A stretch of DNA of 64,000 bases from an uncultured Clostridia bacterium (GTDB taxonomy: Bacteria > Bacillota > Clostridia > Christensenellales > UBA1242): assembly GCA_944383375.1 (NCBI GenBank), contig CALWPG010000001.1, forward strand, positions 46,827 through 110,826. The letters are read 5' to 3'. The translations under genes were made by a program, and so were the position numbers. Under the pieces are notes generated by a model. The model saw only the letters and a list, made by a program, of their open reading frames with translations. It was not told the DNA's origin and did not search any database. Below are positions 9,730 to 19,064 of the stretch, one piece after another. Position 1 is the stretch's first letter, and each line of letters begins with the position of its first letter.

Positions 9730-10983
9730 CTAAAGCCCCACGACGGCAATGTGAACTATGTCCACTATCACCACAAACAATAATAACACAATCAGGCCAT
9801 AAAAGTGAATATAATTTTCAACTTTTCTGCTAACTACTGGTTTTCTAAATATCAATTCCAAAAGAGTAAATACTGCATGACCGCCATCTAAAGCTGGTAT
9901 TGGAAGGAAGTTGAATACCGCCAAATTGGCAGCAAGAAGCGGCAACAAAATTAGGAAGTTTGCAAAACTTGTTTGCATAATTTCCGACATCATACCAATT
10001 GTGGAAATTGATCCACCAAGTTCTGAAAATGCAATTTGGCCAGTAATAATTTGCCAAAATCCTTTCAGTACCACCCAAGCAAAGCCTGCGGCAAGTTCAA
10101 AGCTTCGACCAAGAGCCTCCCAAAAATTATGGACATAAGCTTCAGTGGTGAAACCAGCAACAAGTCTTGTTTCCTCTTCACCATTGTCATTCGTTATGGT
10201 TTCTTGTGCCAACCTTATGGTGACTTCCATTCTTTGATTGTCGCGTTCAATATCTAATACGATATCTGTGTCAGGTCCTGCCTCGCTTAAAAGTTCAGAT
10301 AGTGTGCCGGAAAACGCAAAACTAATTCTTGTACCGTTCACACCCCAGATTATATCACCCTCTTGTAAATCTTGATAGAGATTTGCATAATTTGTGTCTA
10401 GAGTTTTAACCCTTGGAATATCATAACCGTATGAAATTAAAAGAATAAAAGAAAACAATATGGCACTTAGGAAATTGAAAGCGACGCCTGCCATATAGAC
10501 AAGCAATCTTTTCCAAGGTTTTTGGTTGATAAAGTCACCAGTGTGGTCCTCCACTTTTTTTGTGACCTTGTCATCAGTTATGTCGTTAATTTCTTTTATA
10601 ATGTCATTTGTCTGTGCGTTTTTGGTTGTGTTATTTTCTTTTGTTTTTTCTTTTTTATCTTCTTTAATTTCTTCGGTCTTTTCTTCTTTAACCTCTAAAT
10701 CTTTTTTGTCATCTTTCTTGTCATCTTTTTTATCTTCCTCATCGTCATCTCCCTCTCCAGCAAATGCACAGTAACCGCCTAGTGGAAAAATACGTAGCGA
10801 AATCTTTTCTCCACGTTTGTTGACTTTGGAAAATATAGCCTTACCAAATCCAATTGAAAATTCTGTAATTTTAAAACCAAGCCACCTACCAACACAGTAG
10901 TGACCAAATTCGTGTATTAACACCATCAAAAGTAATACACATATGGCTAGTATAACATAACCAATCGTAGTTAAAATTCCCAT
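9730..10983 (-). CDS. rseP: RIP metalloprotease RseP (M50, PDZ)
   Basis: HEFGH, FSIGFG, PLGGYC and NFLPIPALDGG. Confidence 0.93.
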   Translation of the reverse strand: MGILTTIGYVILAICVLLLMVLIHEFGHYCVGRWLGFKITEFSIGFGKAIFSKVNKRGEKISLRIFPLGGYCAFAGEGDDDEEDKKDDKKDDKKDLEVKEEKTEEIKEDKKEKTKENNTTKNAQTNDIIKEINDITDDKVTKKVEDHTGDFINQKPWKRLLVYMAGVAFNFLSAILFSFILLISYGYDIPRVKTLDTNYANLYQDLQEGDIIWGVNGTRISFAFSGTLSELLSEAGPDTDIVLDIERDNQRMEVTIRLAQETITNDNGEEETRLVAGFTTEAYVHNFWEALGRSFELAAGFAWVVLKGFWQIITGQIAFSELGGSISTIGMMSEIMQTSFANFLILLPLLAANLAVFNFLPIPALDGGHAVFTLLELIFRKPVVSRKVENYIHFYGLIVLLLFVVIVDIVHIAVVGL

Positions 10984-10992
10984 TTAAACTCC

Positions 10993-11943
10993 TTACAACA
11001 TTATCACTAAAAATATAAATATAAGTGGAGCGCAGACAATATGACTATCCATGCGATCCAAAACACCACCATGACCTGGCAATATGTCACCAGAGTCTTT
11101 AACATTGGCTCTTCGCTTCAAGTAACTTTCAAACAAATCCCCTAGTTCGCAAACTATAGAAACGACAACTCCAACTATGATAGACTGCCAAAAAGCGAAG
11201 CCAGCTTGTACAAAAACGGTGTTATATTGTGGAAAGGCGTTAAAGATAAGATATAAAATGACTGCTGAAATAGCTCCCCAAATCACACCACCAATTGCGC
11301 CAGAAATGGTTTTATTTGGACTTATTTTTGGACAAAGTTTTGACCCCTTGAACAATGAACCAGTAAGATATGCAAATGTATCGGTAAATACTGGTATTAT
11401 GAATGCCAATATCAATCCAAAGGTACTAATCAAAAACAAATCACTATCTGTGAAAGTGGAAAAATAGACCGACATCTGTGATATATCGTTAATAAATACA
11501 AAAAACAGCATGAGTATGGCTGGATAGAAATAGATATACATGGTTTGTATAGCTTTGTAAATTGAAAAACTTTCCACCCTAAGTTTTAGATTTCTTGTGG
11601 CTATCTCATTTTTAGTACGCTTATAAGTAAACAAACTGAAAAACCACTGTGCCATAACAAAAACTATTATTAAAGCAAGTTCCAAAAGTAACAGCATATA
11701 CCAACGCATATCTAAATTAATGCATAGAATGAATAGACCATATGCGAACAGTGGATATGCAATAGCAAAATATTTGTTGTTGTAAACTCCCATTTTTGCA
11801 AAAAGATTGCTTGTCTCATAGCATGCATACATGGCAATTATGAGTATGAAAGCATCAAAAATGTATGTTGATAATTGTCTTGCAAGTAATACAAGTATCA
11901 AAACGGCAATCAAAGTTGCACCTGTTATTATTCTTTGTTTCAT
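10993..11943 (-). CDS. cdsA: Phosphatidate cytidylyltransferase
   Basis: ISPNKT and GDLFESYLKRRANVKDSGDILPGHGGVLDRMDS. Confidence 0.95.
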   Translation of the reverse strand: MKQRIITGATLIAVLILVLLARQLSTYIFDAFILIIAMYACYETSNLFAKMGVYNNKYFAIAYPLFAYGLFILCINLDMRWYMLLLLELALIIVFVMAQWFFSLFTYKRTKNEIATRNLKLRVESFSIYKAIQTMYIYFYPAILMLFFVFINDISQMSVYFSTFTDSDLFLISTFGLILAFIIPVFTDTFAYLTGSLFKGSKLCPKISPNKTISGAIGGVIWGAISAVILYLIFNAFPQYNTVFVQAGFAFWQSIIVGVVVSIVCELGDLFESYLKRRANVKDSGDILPGHGGVLDRMDSHIVCAPLIFIFLVIML

Positions 11944-12662
11944 TGATTTTTCTCCTGTTTTACGTTACCGAAACGTCTGTCTCTCCTTTGGTATTCTATT
12001 ATGGCTTTTTTTAAATGCCTTTCATCAAAATCAGGCCAATGTATTTTAGGAAAATATAATTCCGCATAGGCATTTTGAAACAACATAAAATTGGAAAGTC
12101 TCATCTCACCACTGGTTCGAATTATTAGGTCAGGATCTGGGAGTTCATTTGTATAAAGTTCAGATCTTATATCCTCCTCAGTGATTTCAACTTTACCCTT
12201 TTGGGCAAGATTTGTAAAGGCTCTTGCAAGCTCACTTCTAGAGCCATAATTTAAACCAATGTTGACTATAAAATCAGTGTTGTTTTTTGTTTTTTCTGTG
12301 ACATCAAGTAAAAGGTCATACAATTCTTTTGGTAATTTGGATATGTCACCCATTGTCATAATTTTTGTATTACCTTTCACAAAGTCATCATAATTTTCTT
12401 TTAGATGTTTCAAGACCAAATCAAATATGCCATCAACTTCTTCCTTGCTCCTTTTCCAATTTTCAGTGGAAAAGGCAAAATAAGACATAACTTTAATACC
12501 TAAATCCTTCGCAGCTTGAGTCACTCTTTTTAAAGCATCAACTCCCGCTTTATGTCCTGCAAGCCTTGGCAAAAGGCGTCTTTTTGCCCACCTGCCGTTG
12601 CCATCCATAATGATGCCTATATGCTTAGGCAAATTTTGCATATCAATTTTTTTGTACATCAA
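11940..12662 (-). CDS. uppS: Undecaprenyl diphosphate synthase
   Basis: IMDGNGRWA, FSTENWKR and IRTSGEMRLSNF. Confidence 0.96.
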   Translation of the reverse strand: MMYKKIDMQNLPKHIGIIMDGNGRWAKRRLLPRLAGHKAGVDALKRVTQAAKDLGIKVMSYFAFSTENWKRSKEEVDGIFDLVLKHLKENYDDFVKGNTKIMTMGDISKLPKELYDLLLDVTEKTKNNTDFIVNIGLNYGSRSELARAFTNLAQKGKVEITEEDIRSELYTNELPDPDLIIRTSGEMRLSNFMLFQNAYAELYFPKIHWPDFDERHLKKAIIEYQRRDRRFGNVKQEKNQ

Positions 12663-12847
12663 TCTTCCTTTAAATTAAACAAAAATTCGCCATAAGTTAT
12701 AGTAGCACTATCACCACTATGCGAAACATTTGTAACGAGGTAAGTATCACCCTTTATGTTGTAATTGTTGCACACAGTGCGGCATTTAATACCCTTATCT
12801 CTCAAAATGGTTAGCACGGTGTCTAGTGGCATTAAAACATAGTCCAT
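12659..12847 (-). CDS. Small hypothetical protein (62 aa) between frr and uppS
   Basis: ATG overlaps the frr stop (TAATG) and its stop overlaps the uppS start, indicating translational coupling. Confidence 0.6.
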   Translation of the reverse strand: MDYVLMPLDTVLTILRDKGIKCRTVCNNYNIKGDTYLVTNVSHSGDSATITYGEFLFNLKED

Positions 12848-13419
12848 TATATTTCCATAACCTCTTTTTCTTTTGCCTCGCACTCTTCGTCACATAAGCC
12901 AATATATTTGTCTTGAAGTTTTTGAACATCGTCTTCAAGATTATTATATTCATCTTCGCTCAGCATGTTGTCTTTTTTCATTTGTTTGAACATATCCAAA
13001 CAATCACGTCTAGCAGAACGCATGGTTACTTTAGTCTCTTCACTAAGCTTTTTAACCTGCTTTACAATCTCACGTCTTCTTTCCTCAGTCAATGCTGGAA
13101 ATATCAACCTTATAATCTTTCCATCATCTGTTGGCTGAACACCCAAGTCTGCCATCTGAATGGCTTTTGAAACATTTTTAAGTTGACTTTGATCCCAAAC
13201 ATTTATGGCAAGCACCCTCGCCTCTTGAACCTGAATATTTGCCATTTGATTGAGTGGAGTCATAACCCCATAATATTCCACCATAACCTTGTCAAGTATG
13301 TGTGGGTTTGCCCTACCAGCACGAATTACTTGATATTCGCCAATAAGGTGTGCATGTGCCTTTTTTAAGTCCTCTTCATAGCCATCAAGTACATCGTTTA
13401 CCATTTGTTCGTCTTGCAT
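12847..13419 (-). CDS. frr: Ribosome recycling factor
   Basis: IRAGRANP and FPALTEERRREIVK. Confidence 0.96.
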   Translation of the reverse strand: MQDEQMVNDVLDGYEEDLKKAHAHLIGEYQVIRAGRANPHILDKVMVEYYGVMTPLNQMANIQVQEARVLAINVWDQSQLKNVSKAIQMADLGVQPTDDGKIIRLIFPALTEERRREIVKQVKKLSEETKVTMRSARRDCLDMFKQMKKDNMLSEDEYNNLEDDVQKLQDKYIGLCDEECEAKEKEVMEI

Positions 13420-13549
13420 ATATACTCCTTACATTATTTTAACTAAAAATTATATTACAACAAAACAACAATAAAATCAAATGAAATAAGGTAATTTAGC
13501 ATTTTGTCATATTCCACCGCATTTGTGTTATATCCAGCAATATACTCCT

Positions 13550-13762
13550 TGTCATGTCGAACGAAGTGAGACATCTCAAAGATTCCTCGGAACTAAAAGT
13601 TCCTCGGAATGACAGGAAGTTATGCATCGCATCTCGGAATGACAGGGGTATTGTGTTATGTTGAAACACACCCACCTGTCATCCAGAACAAAGTGAGGGA
13701 TCTCATAGATTCCTCACCTGAAGGTTCGAGATGACACAGTGGTGAGATTCCTCGGAATGACA
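13550..13762. repeat. Cluster of about 6 REP-like TGTC-tagged hairpin units
   Basis: Units at 13550-13577, 13580-13614, 13633-13644 (partial), 13677-13704, 13707-13736 and 13744-13762 share TGTCATTCCGA..GAGGAATCT or its reverse complement. Confidence 0.85.
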
Positions 13763-13789
13763 GAAGTAACATATGTCATGGCATAAAAC

Positions 13790-13821
13790 AAAAAAAATGC
13801 CCAACAACATGTTGGGCATTT
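13790..13821 (-). terminator. Intrinsic terminator of rpsB-tsf
   Basis: AAATGCCCAACA/TGTTGGGCATTT stem followed by a T-run on the minus strand. Confidence 0.85.
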
Positions 13822-13825
13822 GATG

Positions 13826-14476
13826 TTATTTTTTATTTGTCATTTTTGCAATTTCTTCAGCCAAGTTATCTTGACGTTTCTCAAGTCCCTCTCCCATTTC
13901 ATAGCGAACAAATCTTCTAACATTGATTTTTTCACCAATGGCGAGAACAGCTTCATTAATAACTTCTTTTACAGTTTTTGAAGTGTCTTTTACGAATTCC
14001 TGTTCCAAAAGGCAAATCTCTTTGTAGAATTTGTGTATTCTACCCTCAACCATTTTCTCAACAACATTTGCTGGTTTGCCTTCATTTAGAGATTGTTGAG
14101 TAAGAATTTCTTTTTCTTTTTCAACTTCTTCTGCTGGAACATCTTCAATTCGAACATATTTTGGATTGGCTGCAGCAATTTGCATAGCAACATCTTTAAG
14201 TAAAGTCAAAAATTGCTCACTTCTGGCGACAAAATCTGTTTCACAGTTAATTTCAACCAAAACGCCAATTTTGCCCCCCATATGAATATATGAGCCAACT
14301 GCACCTTCTGCAGCAATTCTATCAGCTTTTTTAGCAGCCGCAGCAATGCCTTTTTCTCTTAACCAAATAACTGCTTTGTCAAAATCTCCATCACTTTCGG
14401 TAAGAGCTTTTTTACAATCCATCATACCAGCACCTGTGCTAGCACGTAGTTTAACAACATCTTGAGCAGTAAACAT
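13826..14476 (-). CDS. tsf: Elongation factor Ts (short form)
   Basis: [12 protein letters not shown] and [10 protein letters not shown]. Confidence 0.97.
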   Translation of the reverse strand: MFTAQDVVKLRASTGAGMMDCKKALTESDGDFDKAVIWLREKGIAAAAKKADRIAAEGAVGSYIHMGGKIGVLVEINCETDFVARSEQFLTLLKDVAMQIAAANPKYVRIEDVPAEEVEKEKEILTQQSLNEGKPANVVEKMVEGRIHKFYKEICLLEQEFVKDTSKTVKEVINEAVLAIGEKINVRRFVRYEMGEGLEKRQDNLAEEIAKMTNKK

Positions 14477-14478
14477 AG

Positions 14479-15420
14479 TTATTCTCCTTTTTCTTCTTTG
14501 TTTTCAGTCTCTTTAATAGCTGCTTCTTCGGCAACTATTTCTTCAGCTTTAGGTTCAGCAGATTTTTCTGAGTCAACTGATTTTGTAGATTCTTTTTCTG
14601 CTTTTTTAGATGTTTTTTTTGCCTTAGCTTTCTTTGGCTTTTCTTCATCTTCTTCTTTAATTTCTGTTGGTTTAACTTCTGCCAAAACTGCACTTATATC
14701 AACATCTTCATCCTCTGCCTGTTCCTTATTGACTGAAACTCCTTCGCGAGCCTCAATAACAGCATCTGCAATTGCACTTGCTATAAGTTTTACTGATCGG
14801 ATAGCATCATCATTACCTGGTATAACATAGTCGATATCTGAAGGGTCACAATTTGTATCAATTAAACCCACCATTGGGATATGGAGTGCCTTGGCTTCCT
14901 TAACGCAAATGTGTTCTTTTGTTGAATCAACAATAAAGATAACGCCTGGCATTTCGTGCATATCTTTTATGCCACCAAGATTAGTCTCAAGTTTTTCCCT
15001 TTCATGTTTAAGTAATGCAACCTCTTTCTTAGGCAAAAGTTCGAACTCGCCAACTTTTTCCATTTGATTGAGTTTGTTCAATCTCTCAATTCTTTGTCTA
15101 ATGGTTTTGAAATTTGTCAAAGTGCCACCAAGCCAACGATTGTTGACATAGTACATACCACAGCGAAGAGCCTCTTCTTTTACTGCTTCCTGTGCTTGTT
15201 TTTTTGTACCTACAAAAAGTACTGATTTGCCTGAAGCAACTACATCTCTTACAAAGTTGTAAGCCTTATCAATAAGTTCAGAAGTTTGCTCAAGGTTTAT
15301 GATGTGGATATCGTTTCTAGCTGTAAAAATGTATTTAGCCATTTTTGGATTCCACTTTCTTGTCTGATGTCCAAAGTGTACACCAGCTTCAAGAAGTTGT
15401 TTCATTGAAATAACTGACAT
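14479..15420 (-). CDS. rpsB: 30S ribosomal protein S2
   Basis: [12 protein letters not shown] and RWLGGTLTN; ATG 15420 downstream of GGAGG; long charged C-terminal tail. Confidence 0.97.
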   Translation of the reverse strand: MSVISMKQLLEAGVHFGHQTRKWNPKMAKYIFTARNDIHIINLEQTSELIDKAYNFVRDVVASGKSVLFVGTKKQAQEAVKEEALRCGMYYVNNRWLGGTLTNFKTIRQRIERLNKLNQMEKVGEFELLPKKEVALLKHEREKLETNLGGIKDMHEMPGVIFIVDSTKEHICVKEAKALHIPMVGLIDTNCDPSDIDYVIPGNDDAIRSVKLIASAIADAVIEAREGVSVNKEQAEDEDVDISAVLAEVKPTEIKEEDEEKPKKAKAKKTSKKAEKESTKSVDSEKSAEPKAEEIVAEEAAIKETENKEEKGE

Positions 15421-15546
15421 TAATTTTTCCTCCTTGTTTTTAGTCTTCCCCAATGTTTTAACGCTCTTTTTGCAACCTGCAAAACTGCATCGGCAACGGC
15501 AAAAAAATATACACTGGGTGTTAATTTGCCAATGAATGACTAAAAA

Positions 15547-15575
15547 AATATATCACAACAACAAAAATATTGCAA
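15547..15575 (-). promoter_or_regulatory. sigma-A promoter of rpsB-tsf
   Basis: TTGCAA-17 nt-TATATT with an extended TG, about 125 nt upstream of rpsB. Confidence 0.65.
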
Positions 15576-15857
15576 GTATTTTACATAAATAATATTGAAA
15601 GTAAATTAAAAACGTCCTGTTAGTTTTTGTTTGTTTATATCAATTTTCCTTGTATTCTTTTATGTTTCTTTATTTTTATTTGGTTTTATTATTTTTTTTT
15701 ACAAATTATTAATAATCTTCTGTTATTTTTATTTAATATTGTATTATATCATAATTTATTTGAAATAATGTTTTTTTATTAGCTTATGTTTTTTTTTATT
15801 ATTAATTATTCTGATTTGTCTAACTTTGTTGTTTTTAACTAAACATTTTTATACAAC

Positions 15858-15884
15858 AAAAAAAACCTGCTTTAATGCAGGTTT
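15858..15884 (-). terminator. Intrinsic terminator after the DAK2 gene
   Basis: AAACCTGC-6 nt-GCAGGTTT followed by a T-run. Confidence 0.85.
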
Positions 15885-15891
15885 CTGATTT

Positions 15892-17532
15892 TCATTCCAT
15901 AGATATAATATAATAATATACCGGCTGCCCACCGTCTATGATGGTCACTTCACACTCAGGATATTTGTTTGCAAGAGTGTCACGAAGTGCCTCGGCATCT
16001 TGTGCATTGACATCTTCACCATAAAATAGCGTAATGCTTACAACACTCTCATCAATCATTTTGCTGATCAAATCTTCAGTTGTTGGACCTACCAAATCGC
16101 CTTTTGCCAATATTGTTTTGTCATCAAGTCCTATGATCTCACCGACAGACAAATCAAATCCATCAACGTGAGTAGAACGAACTGCATATGTTACGGAGGC
16201 ACTCTTAACATTTTTGAAAGCACTGTTCATACTCTCTGTGTTTTCTTCAATGCTGCCTTCTGGATTAAATGCTAGCGATGCTGAAATGCCTTCAGGTATA
16301 TTTTTTGTTGGTATAACTACAAGATTTTTCGTTGTAAGCCCTTTTGCCTGTTCACATGCAAGTGTTATATTCTTATTGTTAGGGAAAACAAAAACAGTCT
16401 TTGCTGGGACTTTGTCCACTGCTTGCGCGATATCTGCAGCGCTTGGATTCATAGTTTGACCACCTTGAATGATTTCATCAATCATCAAGTCCTTCATAAG
16501 GTCTGCTATTCCCTTACCAGGAGCGACAGAAACCATGCCAAGTTCTTTTAAATTCTCTTGTTTTTGGCCAGCCTTTTTCTTAAGTTCACGATTTTGCTCA
16601 CGCATATTTTCTATCTTAAGATTATATAATTCGCCAAGTTCAAGTGCATAGCCAAGCGCCAAGTTAGGTTGATTGGTGTGAACGTGAACTTTAACCAACA
16701 GCAAATCACCAATACACAACACAGAGTCCCCTATTGCCATAAGCTTTTCTTTGAGCTTTTCAATATCGGCCTCCGTTGTCTTTTTATTCATGTTGATGAT
16801 CATGTATTCGGTGCAATATCCAAATTCAATTTCTGCCAAGTTGTTTATATCAGCAATCACATCATCTGCAGTTTGTACTGGTTGTCCATCACTGAACGTA
16901 ATGCCAGAAAAGTCTGTTTCACCGATAAGCGCCTTGTAAAAACCAGTGAAAATTACAATTAATCCTCTTCCACCAGAGTCGACAACACCTGCTTTTTTCA
17001 GTACAGGCAACATTTCAGGTGTCTGCTGAAGTGTTTCCTCTCCTTTTTCAAGAACTCGCTTAAAAAACTCCTCAAGATCACTGACCTTTTTAGCAATTTC
17101 AACTGCCTGCTCACTCATGACTCTAATCACAGTGAGAATTGTTCCTTCTTTTGGCTTTGTAACTGCTTTGTATGCGACTTTAGCACCTTCGGTCATCGCT
17201 TTTGCGAAATTTTTTGTTGTGATGTTTTCAACATTTGCAAGCACGGTGCACATACCCTTTACAATTTGTGAAGTAATGACACCAGAGTTTCCTCTCGCAC
17301 CACGAAGTGCACCCTTGGAAAATGCGTCACAAAGACTTTGGAAGGTGTTGTCCTGACAATTGTTCACTTCATTTCCAGCAGATTTCATGGTTAAAAACAT
17401 ATTTGTACCAGTGTCACCATCAGGAACTGGAAACACGTTGAGTGAATCCACTAATTGTTTATTTTGATCGAGTAGCGAAACGCCACCGAATATCATCTTT
17501 CTAAAAGTTGCGCCGTTTATGGACTTTTGCAT
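15892..17532 (-). CDS. fakA: DAK2-domain fatty acid kinase subunit (FakA/YloV)
   Basis: LNVFPVPDGDTGTNM, GARGNSGVI, GGQTMNPS and GGQPVYYY. Confidence 0.92.
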   Translation of the reverse strand: MQKSINGATFRKMIFGGVSLLDQNKQLVDSLNVFPVPDGDTGTNMFLTMKSAGNEVNNCQDNTFQSLCDAFSKGALRGARGNSGVITSQIVKGMCTVLANVENITTKNFAKAMTEGAKVAYKAVTKPKEGTILTVIRVMSEQAVEIAKKVSDLEEFFKRVLEKGEETLQQTPEMLPVLKKAGVVDSGGRGLIVIFTGFYKALIGETDFSGITFSDGQPVQTADDVIADINNLAEIEFGYCTEYMIINMNKKTTEADIEKLKEKLMAIGDSVLCIGDLLLVKVHVHTNQPNLALGYALELGELYNLKIENMREQNRELKKKAGQKQENLKELGMVSVAPGKGIADLMKDLMIDEIIQGGQTMNPSAADIAQAVDKVPAKTVFVFPNNKNITLACEQAKGLTTKNLVVIPTKNIPEGISASLAFNPEGSIEENTESMNSAFKNVKSASVTYAVRSTHVDGFDLSVGEIIGLDDKTILAKGDLVGPTTEDLISKMIDESVVSITLFYGEDVNAQDAEALRDTLANKYPECEVTIIDGGQPVYYYIISME

Positions 17533-17541
17533 TTTTATCTC

Positions 17542-17889
17542 CTAAACTCTAACTCCAACGACATGTATATTCACAGCATCTACAATCATACCAGTAAAGT
17601 CTTCAACACTGTACTTTATTGTTTTCTTCAAACTTTCAGCCACAGCGCTGACTGAAATACCGTATTTTAAAATACAGTAAATGTCGATGGATATTCTATT
17701 TTCTACATTTGATATTTTTATACCACGCGAATATGGTTGTTTAACTAACAATTCTCGTATGCCATCCTTAAGATTGCGCGATACAAGGTCAACCACACCG
17801 TAAGAATCTAGTGTCGCAAAACCGGCGACTGTTGCAATCGCTTCATCTGAAATGGTTATTTTGCCATAGAAATTATTTGTTTCTACCAA
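17542..17889 (-). CDS. yloU: Asp23/Gls24 family protein (YloU)
   Basis: YGKITISDEAIATVAG..VNIHVVGVRV; rpmB/yloU/yloV synteny. Confidence 0.88.
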   Translation of the reverse strand: MVETNNFYGKITISDEAIATVAGFATLDSYGVVDLVSRNLKDGIRELLVKQPYSRGIKISNVENRISIDIYCILKYGISVSAVAESLKKTIKYSVEDFTGMIVDAVNIHVVGVRV

Positions 17890-17992
17890 GATTGTTTCCT
17901 TTTAAGCATACGAAACGCAACAATAATATACATCAAAAAAACAAATACTTCAAGTGTTTTTAATGATTTTTCATAAAAATGCTTTAAAACTC

Positions 17993-18021
17993 TTGATTTA
18001 TTAAAAAAAAAATGATAACAT
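17993..18021 (+). promoter_or_regulatory. sigma-A promoter of rpmB
   Basis: TTGATT-17 nt-TAACAT with an extended TG. Confidence 0.55.
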
Positions 18022-18054
18022 ATGCGAGATCTAAAAATTAAAGCGGAGGAAATT

Positions 18055-18237
18055 ATGAGCAGAGTTTGTGAAATTTGTGGAAAAGGAAAAATGTCCGGTC
18101 ATAATGTAAGCCACAGCAATCGTAAATCAAACAGAACATATGAAGTAAATTTGCAAAAGACAACCATCAACGTTGATGGAAAAGAAAAAACTGTTAAGGC
18201 TTGCACAAAATGCATTAAAACAGCAAAAAAAGCATAA
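18055..18237 (+). CDS. rpmB: 50S ribosomal protein L28
   Basis: MSRVCEICGK..GHNVSHS..ACTKC; ATG 18055 downstream of GGAGG. Confidence 0.96.
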   Translation: MSRVCEICGKGKMSGHNVSHSNRKSNRTYEVNLQKTTINVDGKEKTVKACTKCIKTAKKA

Positions 18238-18242
18238 GTATT

Positions 18243-18265
18243 CTCACCTCTCGGTGAGTTTTTTT
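18243..18265 (+). terminator. Intrinsic terminator after rpmB
   Basis: CTCACC-TCTC-GGTGAG followed by T7. Confidence 0.85.
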
Positions 18266-18280
18266 ATGCTTATGTAATTA

Positions 18281-18361
18281 TTATTTTATAACAGATTTTC
18301 TGAATATAAATTTAATTATTCCAGCCAATATTTTTGGTGCTTTCACGCATATTATCTTCAT
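18281..18361 (-). CDS. spoVM: Stage V sporulation protein M (26 aa; not in the ORF track)
   Basis: Hand translation MKIICVKAPKILAGIIKFIFRKSVIK; Pro9, amphipathic pattern, AAGGAG RBS, and conserved position between rpe and rpmB. Confidence 0.88.
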   Translation of the reverse strand: MKIICVKAPKILAGIIKFIFRKSVIK

Positions 18362-18407
18362 GGTTTTTCTCCTTGTATAATAATATGCAAGCTCCTTACT
18401 CTTGGTG

Positions 18408-19064
18408 TCACCTCAGTTCATCAATTGCCAACTCTTTGTTATCGCTGTTAAAAACGTAACTTCCGCTAACAACCATATCGGCACCAAACATTTTGAGTTT
18501 TTGACTGATTGGTGGTGTTATTCCTCCATCAACTTCAATCTTTATATCTAATTTATAATCATTTTTGACTTTGCTTAGTTCAACTATCTTTTTATATATA
18601 TCCTCTATAAACTCCTGACCACTTTTACCCGGCTCAACACTCATAACCAAAATAACATCTACAAAACAAAGATAAGGCAAAATATCAGCAACCAGTGTTG
18701 ATGGCTTAATGCTCAAACCTGCCAATGCTTTCTTTTTCCTTATATATTTCAAGTCTCTAACCAACAGTTTTTTGTTTTTATATGCTTCAAAATGTATTGT
18801 CAAAATGTTTGCCCCAGCTAATAAATAATCTTTAATACACTTTGAAGGTGATTCCACCATCAAATGCACATCCAATGGCATTGTTGTCCTTTGGTTAACC
18901 TCTTTTAATCCCTTGTATGTATATGTTTTATTTTCAACAAATTTTCCGTCCATAATGTCACAATGTAAAAAATCAGCACAATGTTGCAAACTTCGTGCGT
19001 ATTCAATTATTTCACTAACATTTTTTATTGGATCTGTTGATGGTGCTACAATCAAATTATCCAT
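18408..19064 (-). CDS. rpe: Ribulose-phosphate 3-epimerase
   Basis: HCDIMDG, DVHLMV, MSVEPG and EVDGGI. Confidence 0.93.
   Translation of the reverse strand: MDNLIVAPSTDPIKNVSEIIEYARSLQHCADFLHCDIMDGKFVENKTYTYKGLKEVNQRTTMPLDVHLMVESPSKCIKDYLLAGANILTIHFEAYKNKKLLVRDLKYIRKKKALAGLSIKPSTLVADILPYLCFVDVILVMSVEPGKSGQEFIEDIYKKIVELSKVKNDYKLDIKIEVDGGITPPISQKLKMFGADMVVSGSYVFNSDNKELAIDELR

Noticed and set aside
13550-13762. Possible CRISPR array
   Set aside because: The units vary in sequence, alternate in orientation and lack regular spacers, and no cas genes are present; the pattern fits REP-like repeats
14479-14740. Long charged C-terminal tail of S2
   Set aside because: Variable acidic/lysine-rich tails on S2 are common
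15590-15857. Possible replication origin
   Set aside because: No DnaA-box cluster seen, no dnaA nearby and no switch in gene orientation bias
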